Positions 9,658 to 18,680 are shown, counted from the stretch's first letter. The stretch: 64,000 nt of DNA from Anaerolineae bacterium (GCA_034436195.1 DAOTWS010000176.1:113-64112); one strand, 5' to 3'. Made by a program: numbers and translations. Notes: generated by a model from the letters alone, not told the origin.

Positions 9658-9704
9658 TCAGAAGTGGGTACAAAACTCTCTTCCGATAAAAGGAGTGGCA
9701 AACG

Positions 9705-10979
9705 ATGTCTGTAAAAGTGAAAAAACACGCCAGGCCCGGCATTTTACTATTCAGCCTGATTCTACTGGCAATGATTGTGCTGGTGGGATTTGGGGGCAGA
9801 GTACGACGTGCCGCAGCAGCTGGCAGTACAACGATGGTTTGCACCTATGGCCCAACATTTGATTTGCGAACTACCGACGGGTACACCAGCACCCCTGATG
9901 GCAATAGCCTGTACTATTGGGGGTTTGCAAATATGAATGATGGTTTGGGTGGCGCATTTCAACAACCTGGTCCTGTACTTTGTGTCAATGAAGGGGACAC
10001 AGTGGTTATAAATCTGCAAAATGATTTAACCGAACCGGTTTCTATTGTGTTTCCAGGACAGGAAGGAGTCACAGCAACTGGAGGTGTGCCAGGCCTGCTA
10101 ACAGCAGAAGCTCCCCCAGGAGGCAGTGTGACATACACTTTTGTGGCGACTGCCCCAGGTACGTATTTGTATGAAAGTGGTACAGAACCGCATAAACAGG
10201 TGCAAATGGGATTGTTTGGGGCGCTGGTTGTGCGTCCGGCTATGGGAGCAAATTTTGCTTATAATGACCCGACCACAGAGTTTAATCCGGATCGGGAATA
10301 TTTGTTGCTGATTCATGATGTGGATCCGGAGTTGCATTATGCAGTGGAACATGGTTTGCCGTATGATGTGACGACGATGCATGATCGGTATTGGACGATA
10401 AACGGCCGTTCCTTCCCCGACACTATCGCCCCCAACTTCGCCCCCTGGTTACCAAACCAACCTTATGGCGCACTCGTCCGCATCGAACCATACGATGCCA
10501 CCAACAACCCCCTACCAGCGCTTGTACGATATGCAAATGCCGGTATGGTCAACCACCCCTTCCATCCACACGGCAACAACCTGACTATTATTGGCCGAGA
10601 CGGCCGTTTACTCCGTGGTCCTAACGGCGAAAACACCTCCTTCGAAAGCTTCACCACCACCGTTGGCTCCGGACAAACTTTCGACCTCCTGGCCCAATGG
10701 TTCGACGTCGAAGCATGGAATCAAAACAACAACCCCATCCCCGTACAACTCCCCGGCCTCTACAACCTGGTCACCAAAGACGGCGCCACCTTCTACAGCG
10801 GCAGCCCCTACCTGGGCCAAAAAGGTGACCTGCTAGTCGGCAACACCTCCTATAACGAATGTGGCGAATTCTACTTCCCCTGGCACAGCCATGCCCTCAA
10901 CGAATTTCAAAACTTCGATGAAGGCTTCGGCGGTCTGGCAACCCTCTGGCGAATCGATCCGCCCGGCGGATGCCAATAA
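9705..10979 (+). CDS. two-domain multicopper oxidase paralogue B: domain 1 has no ligands; domain 2 has HxxHxH and HSH (no T1 Cys)
   Basis: RBS AAGGAG and an N-terminal signal/anchor. Domain 1 reads VSIVFPGQ and YESGTEPHKQVQMG in place of ligand motifs. HPFHPHG at 10554-10574. WHSH at 10881-10892. Confidence 0.85.
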   Translation: MSVKVKKHARPGILLFSLILLAMIVLVGFGGRVRRAAAAGSTTMVCTYGPTFDLRTTDGYTSTPDGNSLYYWGFANMNDGLGGAFQQPGPVLCVNEGDTVVINLQNDLTEPVSIVFPGQEGVTATGGVPGLLTAEAPPGGSVTYTFVATAPGTYLYESGTEPHKQVQMGLFGALVVRPAMGANFAYNDPTTEFNPDREYLLLIHDVDPELHYAVEHGLPYDVTTMHDRYWTINGRSFPDTIAPNFAPWLPNQPYGALVRIEPYDATNNPLPALVRYANAGMVNHPFHPHGNNLTIIGRDGRLLRGPNGENTSFESFTTTVGSGQTFDLLAQWFDVEAWNQNNNPIPVQLPGLYNLVTKDGATFYSGSPYLGQKGDLLVGNTSYNECGEFYFPWHSHALNEFQNFDEGFGGLATLWRIDPPGGCQ

Positions 10980-10993
10980 GAAGGAAGGGTCCG

Positions 10994-12952
10994 ATGAAAA
11001 AGGAGAAACTTCCCATGCGTACAAAAATAACAACCATTCTCAGCTCAGGGCTCATTCTGTTACTACTCATGCTGGCATTAGGTAATACACCCTGGCAACC
11101 ACACACCATCAGTGCAGCCCCAGCCCCCCTCCAACCCAGCCCCTCACAACCCACTCCACTTACACCAATGGCTGCCCCAACCACAATCAACATCGAACTA
11201 TGCGCCAAAGCAGGCAACACAACCATGCCTGACAATACCACCATTCCCATTTGGGGATACGCCCTAAAGCCCGCCAACACACCCTGTTCGGACAATTCCG
11301 TAACAGCCAGCCTGCCAGGTCCTGTTATTGAAGCCACAACAGGAGACACACTCAATATCACTTTATACAACGAGCTACCCGAAGCCACCTCCCTCCTGTT
11401 CCCCGGACAAGACGAACCTCCCGATATGACCGGCATTGCTCCCGGTAGTACCAAAACTTACAGCTTCACAGTAACTCGTCCGGGCACATTCCTCTATGAA
11501 AGTGGCGTCAATTCAGCCATTCAGGTTGCCATGGGGCTATATGGAGCCCTCATTGTTCACGACACCACCCCTGGACAGGCCTACGCCAGCCCCGAAACCG
11601 CCTACGATACAGAGGCTGTTCTACTCCTGAGCGAAATAGATCCCAACTTAAATGCCGATCCAGCCAACTTCAACTTGCTGGATTATAAACCGCTCTACTG
11701 GCTGATAAATGGCAAAGCTTATCCAGATACAAACCCAATTGATGCCGATCCGGGAGAACGAGTACTGTTGCGGTATCTGAACGCTGGATTTACTAACGAC
11801 ACAATGATGATTCTAGGCACACACCAGAAACATATCGCCAGCGATGGGTATCCGTTAAACTTTCCTGTTGATATGGTGGCATATACTATCCCGGCAGGAC
11901 AAACGGCCGATCTCATTGCCACCATGCCTCACAACCTCGATGGTGGTCAACTTGCCTTGTACAATCGCCAACTTCACATCACCAATGGAGATGCCACCAG
12001 CACTGCCCATTTTCCCGGCGGCATGATGACATTCATCAACATTGCCCCATTTGTCAACTTTAATAACTACACCCTGGCCAGCTATGGCGGCACACAAGAT
12101 GCCGCGGCCACAGCTACCATTGAAGACAATGGCGCCACCTTGCACCTGGTAGGCAACGGTTGGAAAAAGATCCCCTTCCCCTACACCGTCACTCCCAACA
12201 CTGTTATCGAATTTGACTTTATGAGCAGTGTTCAAGGAGAAATTCACGGGATTGGCTTTGACAACGATGACGTTATCAACAATCCCATTCAGATATTCCA
12301 GGTGTATGGCACACAGGGTTGGGGCATCCAAAACGCCAGCTTTAACTATGCCGGTAGCGCACCGAACTGGGTACGCTTTTCTATCCCGGTTGGGCAATTC
12401 TATACAGGCACAATGACTGATCTGGTGTTTGTCATGGATGATGATGCCGCAGCCGCCGGAGAAAGTCTGTTCCGCAATATCAAGGTGTATGAAGCCCCAC
12501 CGCTCATGGTGAATGTGAATGGAACACCATATGCAGTGATGTCTTACGGAGGTTCGCAGGATGTGGGGGCATTGGTCAGTGTGGAGAATGGTGGTGACAC
12601 GTTGCGTATTACCGGCAATGGCTGGAAGAAAGTGGCTTTTGCCTACACTGTCACCCCCAACACAGTACTGGAATTTGACTTTGAAAGCAATGTTGAAGGT
12701 GAAATACATGGTATTGGCTTTGATACAGATGACAATATCAGCAGTAACCTGACTTTCCAGTTGTACGGCACGCAAACGTGGGGATTGCAAGCGTTTCATA
12801 CATACACGGGTAGTGGGGTGCAGCATTTTGTTGTTCCGGTAGGTAACTACTATACCGGCAGTATGTTGTATCTGACTTTTACGAATGATGATGATGCGGC
12901 TGCTGCTGGCGAAAGTGTGTTTAGCAATATCCAGGTCTATGAACAACCGTAG
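10994..12952 (+). CDS. ligand-less MCO-fold paralogue C fused to two tandem ~150-aa beta-sandwich-like domains
   Basis: Same cupredoxin scaffold (GPVIEATTGDTLNITLYN, GTFLYESG...AMGLYGALIV, YWLINGKAYPDT, LLRYLNAG) but no HxH/HCH motifs. Signal peptide present. The start is ATG 10994 (RBS GGAAGG) or ATG 11015. Confidence 0.8.
   Translation: MKKEKLPMRTKITTILSSGLILLLLMLALGNTPWQPHTISAAPAPLQPSPSQPTPLTPMAAPTTINIELCAKAGNTTMPDNTTIPIWGYALKPANTPCSDNSVTASLPGPVIEATTGDTLNITLYNELPEATSLLFPGQDEPPDMTGIAPGSTKTYSFTVTRPGTFLYESGVNSAIQVAMGLYGALIVHDTTPGQAYASPETAYDTEAVLLLSEIDPNLNADPANFNLLDYKPLYWLINGKAYPDTNPIDADPGERVLLRYLNAGFTNDTMMILGTHQKHIASDGYPLNFPVDMVAYTIPAGQTADLIATMPHNLDGGQLALYNRQLHITNGDATSTAHFPGGMMTFINIAPFVNFNNYTLASYGGTQDAAATATIEDNGATLHLVGNGWKKIPFPYTVTPNTVIEFDFMSSVQGEIHGIGFDNDDVINNPIQIFQVYGTQGWGIQNASFNYAGSAPNWVRFSIPVGQFYTGTMTDLVFVMDDDAAAAGESLFRNIKVYEAPPLMVNVNGTPYAVMSYGGSQDVGALVSVENGGDTLRITGNGWKKVAFAYTVTPNTVLEFDFESNVEGEIHGIGFDTDDNISSNLTFQLYGTQTWGLQAFHTYTGSGVQHFVVPVGNYYTGSMLYLTFTNDDDAAAAGESVFSNIQVYEQP
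12053..12949 (+). repeat. internal tandem duplication (about 456 nt + 441 nt) encoding two copies of an uncharacterised domain
   Basis: VN(F/V)N...SYGG(T/S)QD...GNGWKK...YTVTPNTV(I/L)EFDF...GEIHGIGFD.DD...YGTQ.WG.Q...DDDAAAAGES.F.NI.VYE occurs twice. About half of the positions are identical by eye. Confidence 0.85.
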
Positions 12953-13028
12953 CAGGGGATAAGTGGTGAATGACCGGTCGGCGGTTGTGGATAGCTGGCC
13001 GGTCATTCTAATCAAAGGGGTAAATTTT

Positions 13029-13526
13029 ATGCATGAAGTGTCTTTGAGTGTGCATGGGAGAAAACGGCCGTTTTCCTTCACAATGTTACTTTTTCTCGCC
13101 CTGATTCTGGCTCTGGTTGGTTTACTTATCTGGATGGCCGTGACTCAATTCGGTCATATCATAACCGGCAACCGCCCCCAATCTGCTGCTGAGTTACCTC
13201 AAACAACCTTTACCGAAGCAACTGGTGTCCGTATTATGCTGGTAGCCATCACAGCCGGCGGCGGTATGATCGACCTTCGCTATCAGATTGCCGATCCGGA
13301 CAAGGCTGTTATTGTGCATGATGAAGAAAATCCCCCCACAATTATTGACGAACGCACTGGCAAAGTGATCTCCCGCCCCTGGCACGATCACGCTCATGAC
13401 CAGGATTTACATACGGCCGTTACCTATTACGAACTCATCCTCAACCCCGATGGTCTCATTCGGCCTGGCCAAACCGTCACCATACGCATTGGCAATGCTG
13501 AACTCAAACATGTCCCGGTACAATAA
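13029..13526 (+). CDS. membrane-anchored hypothetical protein with a His-rich patch (WHDHAHDQDLH)
   Basis: One TM segment (MLLFLALILALVGLLIWMAV) followed by a ~110-aa soluble domain. It sits between the MCO genes and copC. I recognise no family. Confidence 0.55.
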   Translation: MHEVSLSVHGRKRPFSFTMLLFLALILALVGLLIWMAVTQFGHIITGNRPQSAAELPQTTFTEATGVRIMLVAITAGGGMIDLRYQIADPDKAVIVHDEENPPTIIDERTGKVISRPWHDHAHDQDLHTAVTYYELILNPDGLIRPGQTVTIRIGNAELKHVPVQ

Positions 13527-13540
13527 CAAAAGGGGGAATC

Positions 13541-14059
13541 ATGACCCGCAAAATCCTGTATCTGGTTCTTTTGCTTCTGGCACAAATGATCATCTCACCT
13601 TTTGCTTATGCTCATTCTGTCAAATTACTACGGTCTGATCCGCCAGATGGCGCCCATCTGGATTCATCGCCAACGGTCATCAGAGCCTGGTTCAACGAGG
13701 AACTGGACGCCAGCAGCACAATGCGTGTGTTGGACAGTACAGGGGGGCAAGTGGATAACGGCGATGGTGGACTTGACCTGACAGATCCAGATCACGCCTC
13801 TATGAAGGTAACTGTGCCTGTACTCATTGATGGTGTTTATACGGTTTCGTGGCGGGCAGTTTTGGTAGATGGGGATGTTACGACTGGCGTGTTTCATTTT
13901 ACGGTAGGAACGCCACCAGCAACAACCAGTTTGACTCAATCTATGCAGGCAGAAGATGAAACGGCCGTTTCCCTGCCGGTACTTCTGGCCATCGGCGGCT
14001 CCATTCTGATACTGATAGCAGGATTGTGGCAATGGCAATCTTCAAGGAATCAAAAATGA
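13541..14059 (+). CDS. copC: CopC-domain copper-binding protein with a C-terminal TM anchor
   Basis: Signal ...FAYA|HSVKLLRSDPPDGAHL... gives a mature N-terminal His. CopC core YTVSWRAVLVDGDVTTGVFHFTV has DGD where DGH is usual. RBS AAGGGGG. Confidence 0.8.
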   Translation: MTRKILYLVLLLLAQMIISPFAYAHSVKLLRSDPPDGAHLDSSPTVIRAWFNEELDASSTMRVLDSTGGQVDNGDGGLDLTDPDHASMKVTVPVLIDGVYTVSWRAVLVDGDVTTGVFHFTVGTPPATTSLTQSMQAEDETAVSLPVLLAIGGSILILIAGLWQWQSSRNQK

Positions 14060-15996
14060 GCAAATCCCCCCTGAAATTCACACTTGTTCTCACAATGATT
14101 CTACTCCTTTTTGCCTTCATACCCACGCCGCCTGTCGCCGCCCATGCAATACTGGCTCGATCTGAACCAGCTGACAACGCAATTTTATCTGAACCACCCA
14201 ACCAGGTACGTCTCTGGCTCACCGAACCCATCAGCCCGGAATTTAGCACAGCACAACTGCTGGACGTTACCGGCACGGCCGTTCCCCTGCGCGGCATTCG
14301 CACTGTTCCCAACGAACCCAATCTGCTTATCCTGGATCTGCCACCTCTGGAAGAGGGAGTTTATAGCGTATGGTGGAAGGTGCTTTCTCAAAGTGACGGT
14401 CACTTTACGCAAGGGCTCATCGTTTTTGGCATTGGCACAACAGCTGACCTAAACCAGGCACAAGCAACCATCCCTAAAACGGCCGTTCCCTGGCCTGAAG
14501 TCGCCCTGCGCTGGGCCAATTTCACCATCTTGCTCCTTCTGATAGGTTCCTTAACCATTCTCGCATTTCTTCTGACCCCACCCGTCTCCCCCCCCACAAT
14601 TGTTACCACCTACCAACAAGCACGTCAGCGGGCGTGGCGGCTGGCCTATATGTGTGCCATTAGTGGGTTAGGGCTTGGAATTGGCTGGATAATGTGGCAA
14701 ACGGCCGTTTTGCGCCCCGAACTTCCCCCTACCACCCCCATTTGGACCATTGCCAGCCAATGGCTTACCCAAAGCCGCCCCGGCCTCCTCTGGATTGCAC
14801 GTCAGACCATCTGGCTTGCATTCATTCTCTCCCTGTGGCGAATTAACCGCAACCACCTTCCCAGTCCATCCAGCCCCTTGCCCCACCTGTTACTCCTGCT
14901 CACCTTCCCCCTCATCCTCACCCAATCTCTTGTCAGTCATGCGGCAGCCCTCACCACCAACACCACTTTAGCTATCATAACCGACAGCCTTCATCTGCTT
15001 GCCGCTGCCCTTTGGATAGGCAGTTTATTGGCCTTGCTAATGACCCTGTTGCCGCCAGCCAGACAAAATAAAAATCACTTGCGGTCTTTACTTCAGTCAG
15101 GATGGCAACCATTTGGGCGTTTGGCTGCCTTGAGCATAGGCATCCTCGCCGCCACCGGCCTATACAGTCTGGGACAACAAGTTGCCACACCCGACGCCCT
15201 ATTGTTGACCAATTACGGCCGTTCTCTGTTCCTCAAAACCCTGCTTCTGCTCCTCACTCTCAGCTTCGGCGCACTCAACGCCATCCTCCTGCATCCCACC
15301 CTTGCTGCCATCCCCGCCCGGCTGCTACGCCGCCCTCAGGGATGGACACCCCTTTCATGGCGCTGGCTGCCTCGCCTCATGCTCATTGAAGCCACACTTG
15401 GCCTCGGCGTTATTCTACTCACCGCCTATCTAACAGCCGCCCCCAACGCCAGCCAGGCTCCCACCCCGCCTGAAGAAATCCCCACTACAGCCACCCAGCT
15501 TGTTGACGATATGCTGATAACGCTCTCCATCAAGCCAAATCGGCCTGGTGCAAATGTCATGAACATCCGCGCAGTAAGCACTCGTCGGCCTGCCCCGGCT
15601 GAAGTTTTGCGCGTCATTGTGCGATTTACCTACCTGGAACAAGATCTGGGGATAGAATCGGTAGTAGCAGAAGCTACCAATGAACCAGGATTGTATCGGC
15701 TTGGCGGTAACCAGCTTCGCCTGCCTGGCCGCTGGCAAATAGATGTGGTGGTGCGCCGCATGGGAATAGCGGATGCGGTGGCTCGCTATGAATGGACATT
15801 GCCCGAAGCACAATCTTCTGACCAGCCACTAATCTCTAACAAGCAATGGGCACCCTGGTTAACTATTGGTGCTATGTTGATGTTGCTGGCTACGTTGGCA
15901 GGAACGGCCGTTTATGTCTGGCACAACCACCAGCAACCCGTATCCCATCTGGCCCAACAAACAGTGAAGATTCCTCCTGATTTTTCAGATTGGTGA
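14056..15996 (+). CDS. CopC-CopD fusion membrane protein (YcnJ-like copper transport/resistance)
   Basis: AAHAILARSEPADNA...YSVWWKVLSQSDGHFTQGLIVFGIG is a CopC domain. Multiple CopD-type TM helices and a C-terminal beta-domain follow. The ATG at 14056 overlaps the copC stop (ATGA). Confidence 0.85.
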   Translation: MSKSPLKFTLVLTMILLLFAFIPTPPVAAHAILARSEPADNAILSEPPNQVRLWLTEPISPEFSTAQLLDVTGTAVPLRGIRTVPNEPNLLILDLPPLEEGVYSVWWKVLSQSDGHFTQGLIVFGIGTTADLNQAQATIPKTAVPWPEVALRWANFTILLLLIGSLTILAFLLTPPVSPPTIVTTYQQARQRAWRLAYMCAISGLGLGIGWIMWQTAVLRPELPPTTPIWTIASQWLTQSRPGLLWIARQTIWLAFILSLWRINRNHLPSPSSPLPHLLLLLTFPLILTQSLVSHAAALTTNTTLAIITDSLHLLAAALWIGSLLALLMTLLPPARQNKNHLRSLLQSGWQPFGRLAALSIGILAATGLYSLGQQVATPDALLLTNYGRSLFLKTLLLLLTLSFGALNAILLHPTLAAIPARLLRRPQGWTPLSWRWLPRLMLIEATLGLGVILLTAYLTAAPNASQAPTPPEEIPTTATQLVDDMLITLSIKPNRPGANVMNIRAVSTRRPAPAEVLRVIVRFTYLEQDLGIESVVAEATNEPGLYRLGGNQLRLPGRWQIDVVVRRMGIADAVARYEWTLPEAQSSDQPLISNKQWAPWLTIGAMLMLLATLAGTAVYVWHNHQQPVSHLAQQTVKIPPDFSDW

Positions 15997-16136
15997 TATT
16001 GGGCGTGACTTTTGCGAACATTATGCGACAATATTAATAAAGTCGTGTTTGAAACGGCCGTGTCTCGCATCATACACCACATCCCAGCCACATATCCATC
16101 CCGGCAAACATTCAGCCACCCATTTATATAAGCCAT

Positions 16137-18572
16137 ATGCCAGAAAAAACAACCAAATTAACAACCGGTTTATTATCCATGCTAATAGCTGGCTTACTCC
16201 TCCTGGCAGCCATTACCTTCACCACCGCCATTGGCCAAACCGCCTCCCTCTCTCCCTTCGCCATCTCAGATCCCATCAACTGCACCAATGCCTCTTCTCC
16301 CGTAGCCGCTTTTGAGATTTCTCGTGGCCAATCCCCTGATGACTACACGACGTTCCTTAATGAACTTGTCTCTTTCGGCTACACGGTCGGTACAGTCGAT
16401 CTTTCTGCCGGAACAATTCCCTCTTGCGTGGACATCCTCATCATCATGGGGCTGGCAGGCAACAATCGCCTGTCCTCACCCTATACAACCACCGATGCTA
16501 CTATGCTTCGCAATTGGGCGGCGGCCGGACATGGCTTGATGATCTCCAGCGATTGGGGCTTTCTAAAAGGAGACACACAACCTCTTTTTCAGGAATATGG
16601 ATACACGTTGCTGGGAGATGACGCCGTTATTGATCCAACAGATGCTGATCCGTCCGGGCCTAATAATAGCTGGGTTATTTATCAGGTCGATAATTTCGGC
16701 ACACATCCTATTTTTGACGGCGTTACAGCATTTGAAATGCTCCGCAGTGCGTGGCTTACCCCAGCCACAAATGCGTTGGTAATTACCGATGCTGATGCTA
16801 ATCCAGCTAACATGCCGGTAATGGCAGCGTTTCGTGATGGCTCAGGTTGTGTTTTGCTGGCAACAGATAGTAACTGGCTGGGGGAGTTTAGTAATGCCTA
16901 TGCCTTGCAAGATAATACTCGCGCCGGACGACAGGCGGTGGCATGGCTGACGGGTTGTGTGCGCTTGCGCCTGACGAAAACGGCCGATCTGAATCCCGTC
17001 CCCGCCGGAAATTTGCTTCGCTATACAATCACAGCATCTAACTTTTACACGGACACTCTCACTGGCATTACCATTACCGACACGATTCCAGCAGGCACTT
17101 CTTTTGTCGCCGCCAGTTCTCCCTTCTCTGGTCCGGATGCTAATGGGGTTGTTACGTGGAATGTGGGGACGCTTCTTTCAGATAATTCAGCCGTAGTTAC
17201 TCTGACAGTGCGGGTAGATGCTGGTCTGGGGGCAGGAACGACTATTCTTAATACAGCGTATGTAGCAAGTAACGAGGGATTAACAGATTCGGCCGTTTTG
17301 CTGGTTGATGTCTCCAATCCACCTACGCCTACACCCACACCGACTTCTTCTCCCACACCCACATCTACGCCCACCTCTTCGCCTACACCCACACTTACCC
17401 CAACAGCTACCCCAGAGAGAATCACGGCCAATGCCGGGGGGCCATACACTATCACAGAAGGAAGCAATGTCACTCTGGACGCAAGCAGTTCGTTTGATCC
17501 AAACGGTGGAAGTCTGAGTTATGCCTGGGATTTGGACAACGACGGCCTGTTTGATGATGGCACGGCCGTCACTGTCGTTTTTTCGGCAAGCAATCGAGAT
17601 GATGGCGTTTATCCTGTCTCAGTGCAAGTAACAGGCAACACCGGTTCAGCGACAGATACAACTACCGTGACAGTGAACAACGCGATACCACAAGTGACAC
17701 TCATGGCTGATAGCTGGGATGTACTGATAGGAGAAACGGCCGTTTTTACCGGCACATTCACCGATCCCGGCACCCTCGACACCCACACAATCCTTTGGAA
17801 TTTTGGAGACGGCGCCACCGCCAACGACACACTCACCGCCAGCCACACCTTCAATCAAACCGGTCAATACCTCATTACCCTTACCATCACAGACGACGAC
17901 GGTGGCGTAGGGCAGGCTACGGGCACAATGAACGTCACAACTCCGCCAACCCCCAGCTTTGTTTTTCTGCCAGTCGTCCAGCTAAATTACTGCATTCCCA
18001 CCAGCCACCCGGCCGACATCATTCTGTTACTCGATTCATCTGGCAGTATGGCTAACCCGACAAGCAGCGGCAACACCTCCAGACTGGCCGCCGCACAAGC
18101 TGCTGCTACCGATTTCCTCAACATTATCAATCTGCCACCGGATCAGGCCAGCATAATCGATTTTGACAGTGAAGCACGGGTGCTTGCCCCCCTTACTTCC
18201 GATCGAGCTGCGCTAATTGCGTCTTTGCAATCATTGGTAGCTGAAGGACTGACACGCATCGATCTGGCATTGGCAACAGCCAGACAAGAGTTGAGTAGTG
18301 GGCGTCATAACCCTGCGCACACGGCCGTTATCATTCTGCTCACCGACGGCAAACCCTTTGGCGTAGGCGAAGAACCAGTTATTGCCGAAGCCAATGCTGC
18401 CAAAGCTGCTGGCATCATCATCTACACCATTGGCCTGGGAGATAGCATCAACGAAACCTTGCTCAAAACCATTGCCACTGACCCGACTCATTTTTATCAC
18501 TCACCCACAGCAGACGATTTAAGCCAGATTTATGCAGAAATCGCCGGATTTATCAGTTGTCCGGGCAATTAA
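16137..18572 (+). CDS. secreted multidomain protein: N-terminal alpha/beta domain, DUF11-like repeat, PT/ST linker, two PKD domains, vWA domain
   Basis: - Signal peptide.
- LTKTADLNPVPAGNLLRYTI...DTIPAGTSFV (DUF11-like).
- SYAWDLDNDG and ILWNFGDG (PKD).
- ADIILLLDSSGSMAN...LTDG...YTIGLG (vWA MIDAS). Confidence 0.85.
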   Translation: MPEKTTKLTTGLLSMLIAGLLLLAAITFTTAIGQTASLSPFAISDPINCTNASSPVAAFEISRGQSPDDYTTFLNELVSFGYTVGTVDLSAGTIPSCVDILIIMGLAGNNRLSSPYTTTDATMLRNWAAAGHGLMISSDWGFLKGDTQPLFQEYGYTLLGDDAVIDPTDADPSGPNNSWVIYQVDNFGTHPIFDGVTAFEMLRSAWLTPATNALVITDADANPANMPVMAAFRDGSGCVLLATDSNWLGEFSNAYALQDNTRAGRQAVAWLTGCVRLRLTKTADLNPVPAGNLLRYTITASNFYTDTLTGITITDTIPAGTSFVAASSPFSGPDANGVVTWNVGTLLSDNSAVVTLTVRVDAGLGAGTTILNTAYVASNEGLTDSAVLLVDVSNPPTPTPTPTSSPTPTSTPTSSPTPTLTPTATPERITANAGGPYTITEGSNVTLDASSSFDPNGGSLSYAWDLDNDGLFDDGTAVTVVFSASNRDDGVYPVSVQVTGNTGSATDTTTVTVNNAIPQVTLMADSWDVLIGETAVFTGTFTDPGTLDTHTILWNFGDGATANDTLTASHTFNQTGQYLITLTITDDDGGVGQATGTMNVTTPPTPSFVFLPVVQLNYCIPTSHPADIILLLDSSGSMANPTSSGNTSRLAAAQAAATDFLNIINLPPDQASIIDFDSEARVLAPLTSDRAALIASLQSLVAEGLTRIDLALATARQELSSGRHNPAHTAVIILLTDGKPFGVGEEPVIAEANAAKAAGIIIYTIGLGDSINETLLKTIATDPTHFYHSPTADDLSQIYAEIAGFISCPGN
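17319..17413 (+). repeat. Pro/Thr/Ser low-complexity linker coding repeat
   Basis: Encodes PPTPTPTPTSSPTPTSTPTSSPTPTLTPTATP. Confidence 0.8.
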
Positions 18573-18680
18573 GCCTCTGGATTTGCCGGTATCTGTGAAA
18601 CAGACATTTACATTCAGGCAGGAATCAGCTAAAGTACCTGTATATTGCCAACTACTTTAGCCAGACAAGGAGGAGGATTC

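Noticed and set aside
11855-13081. 408-aa ORF on the minus strand, antisense to the MCO-C gene. Similar long antisense ORFs lie at 6066-7115, 24838-25644, 37747-38505, 39843-40508, 42421-43110, 47093-48469, 50102-51028 and 52377-53048.
   Set aside because: Each lies opposite a gene with clear family motifs. Their translations are low-complexity (rich in R, H, C, P) with no recognisable domain, RBS or sensible start. Long shadow ORFs are expected where strong local G/C skew depletes stop codons on the opposite strand.
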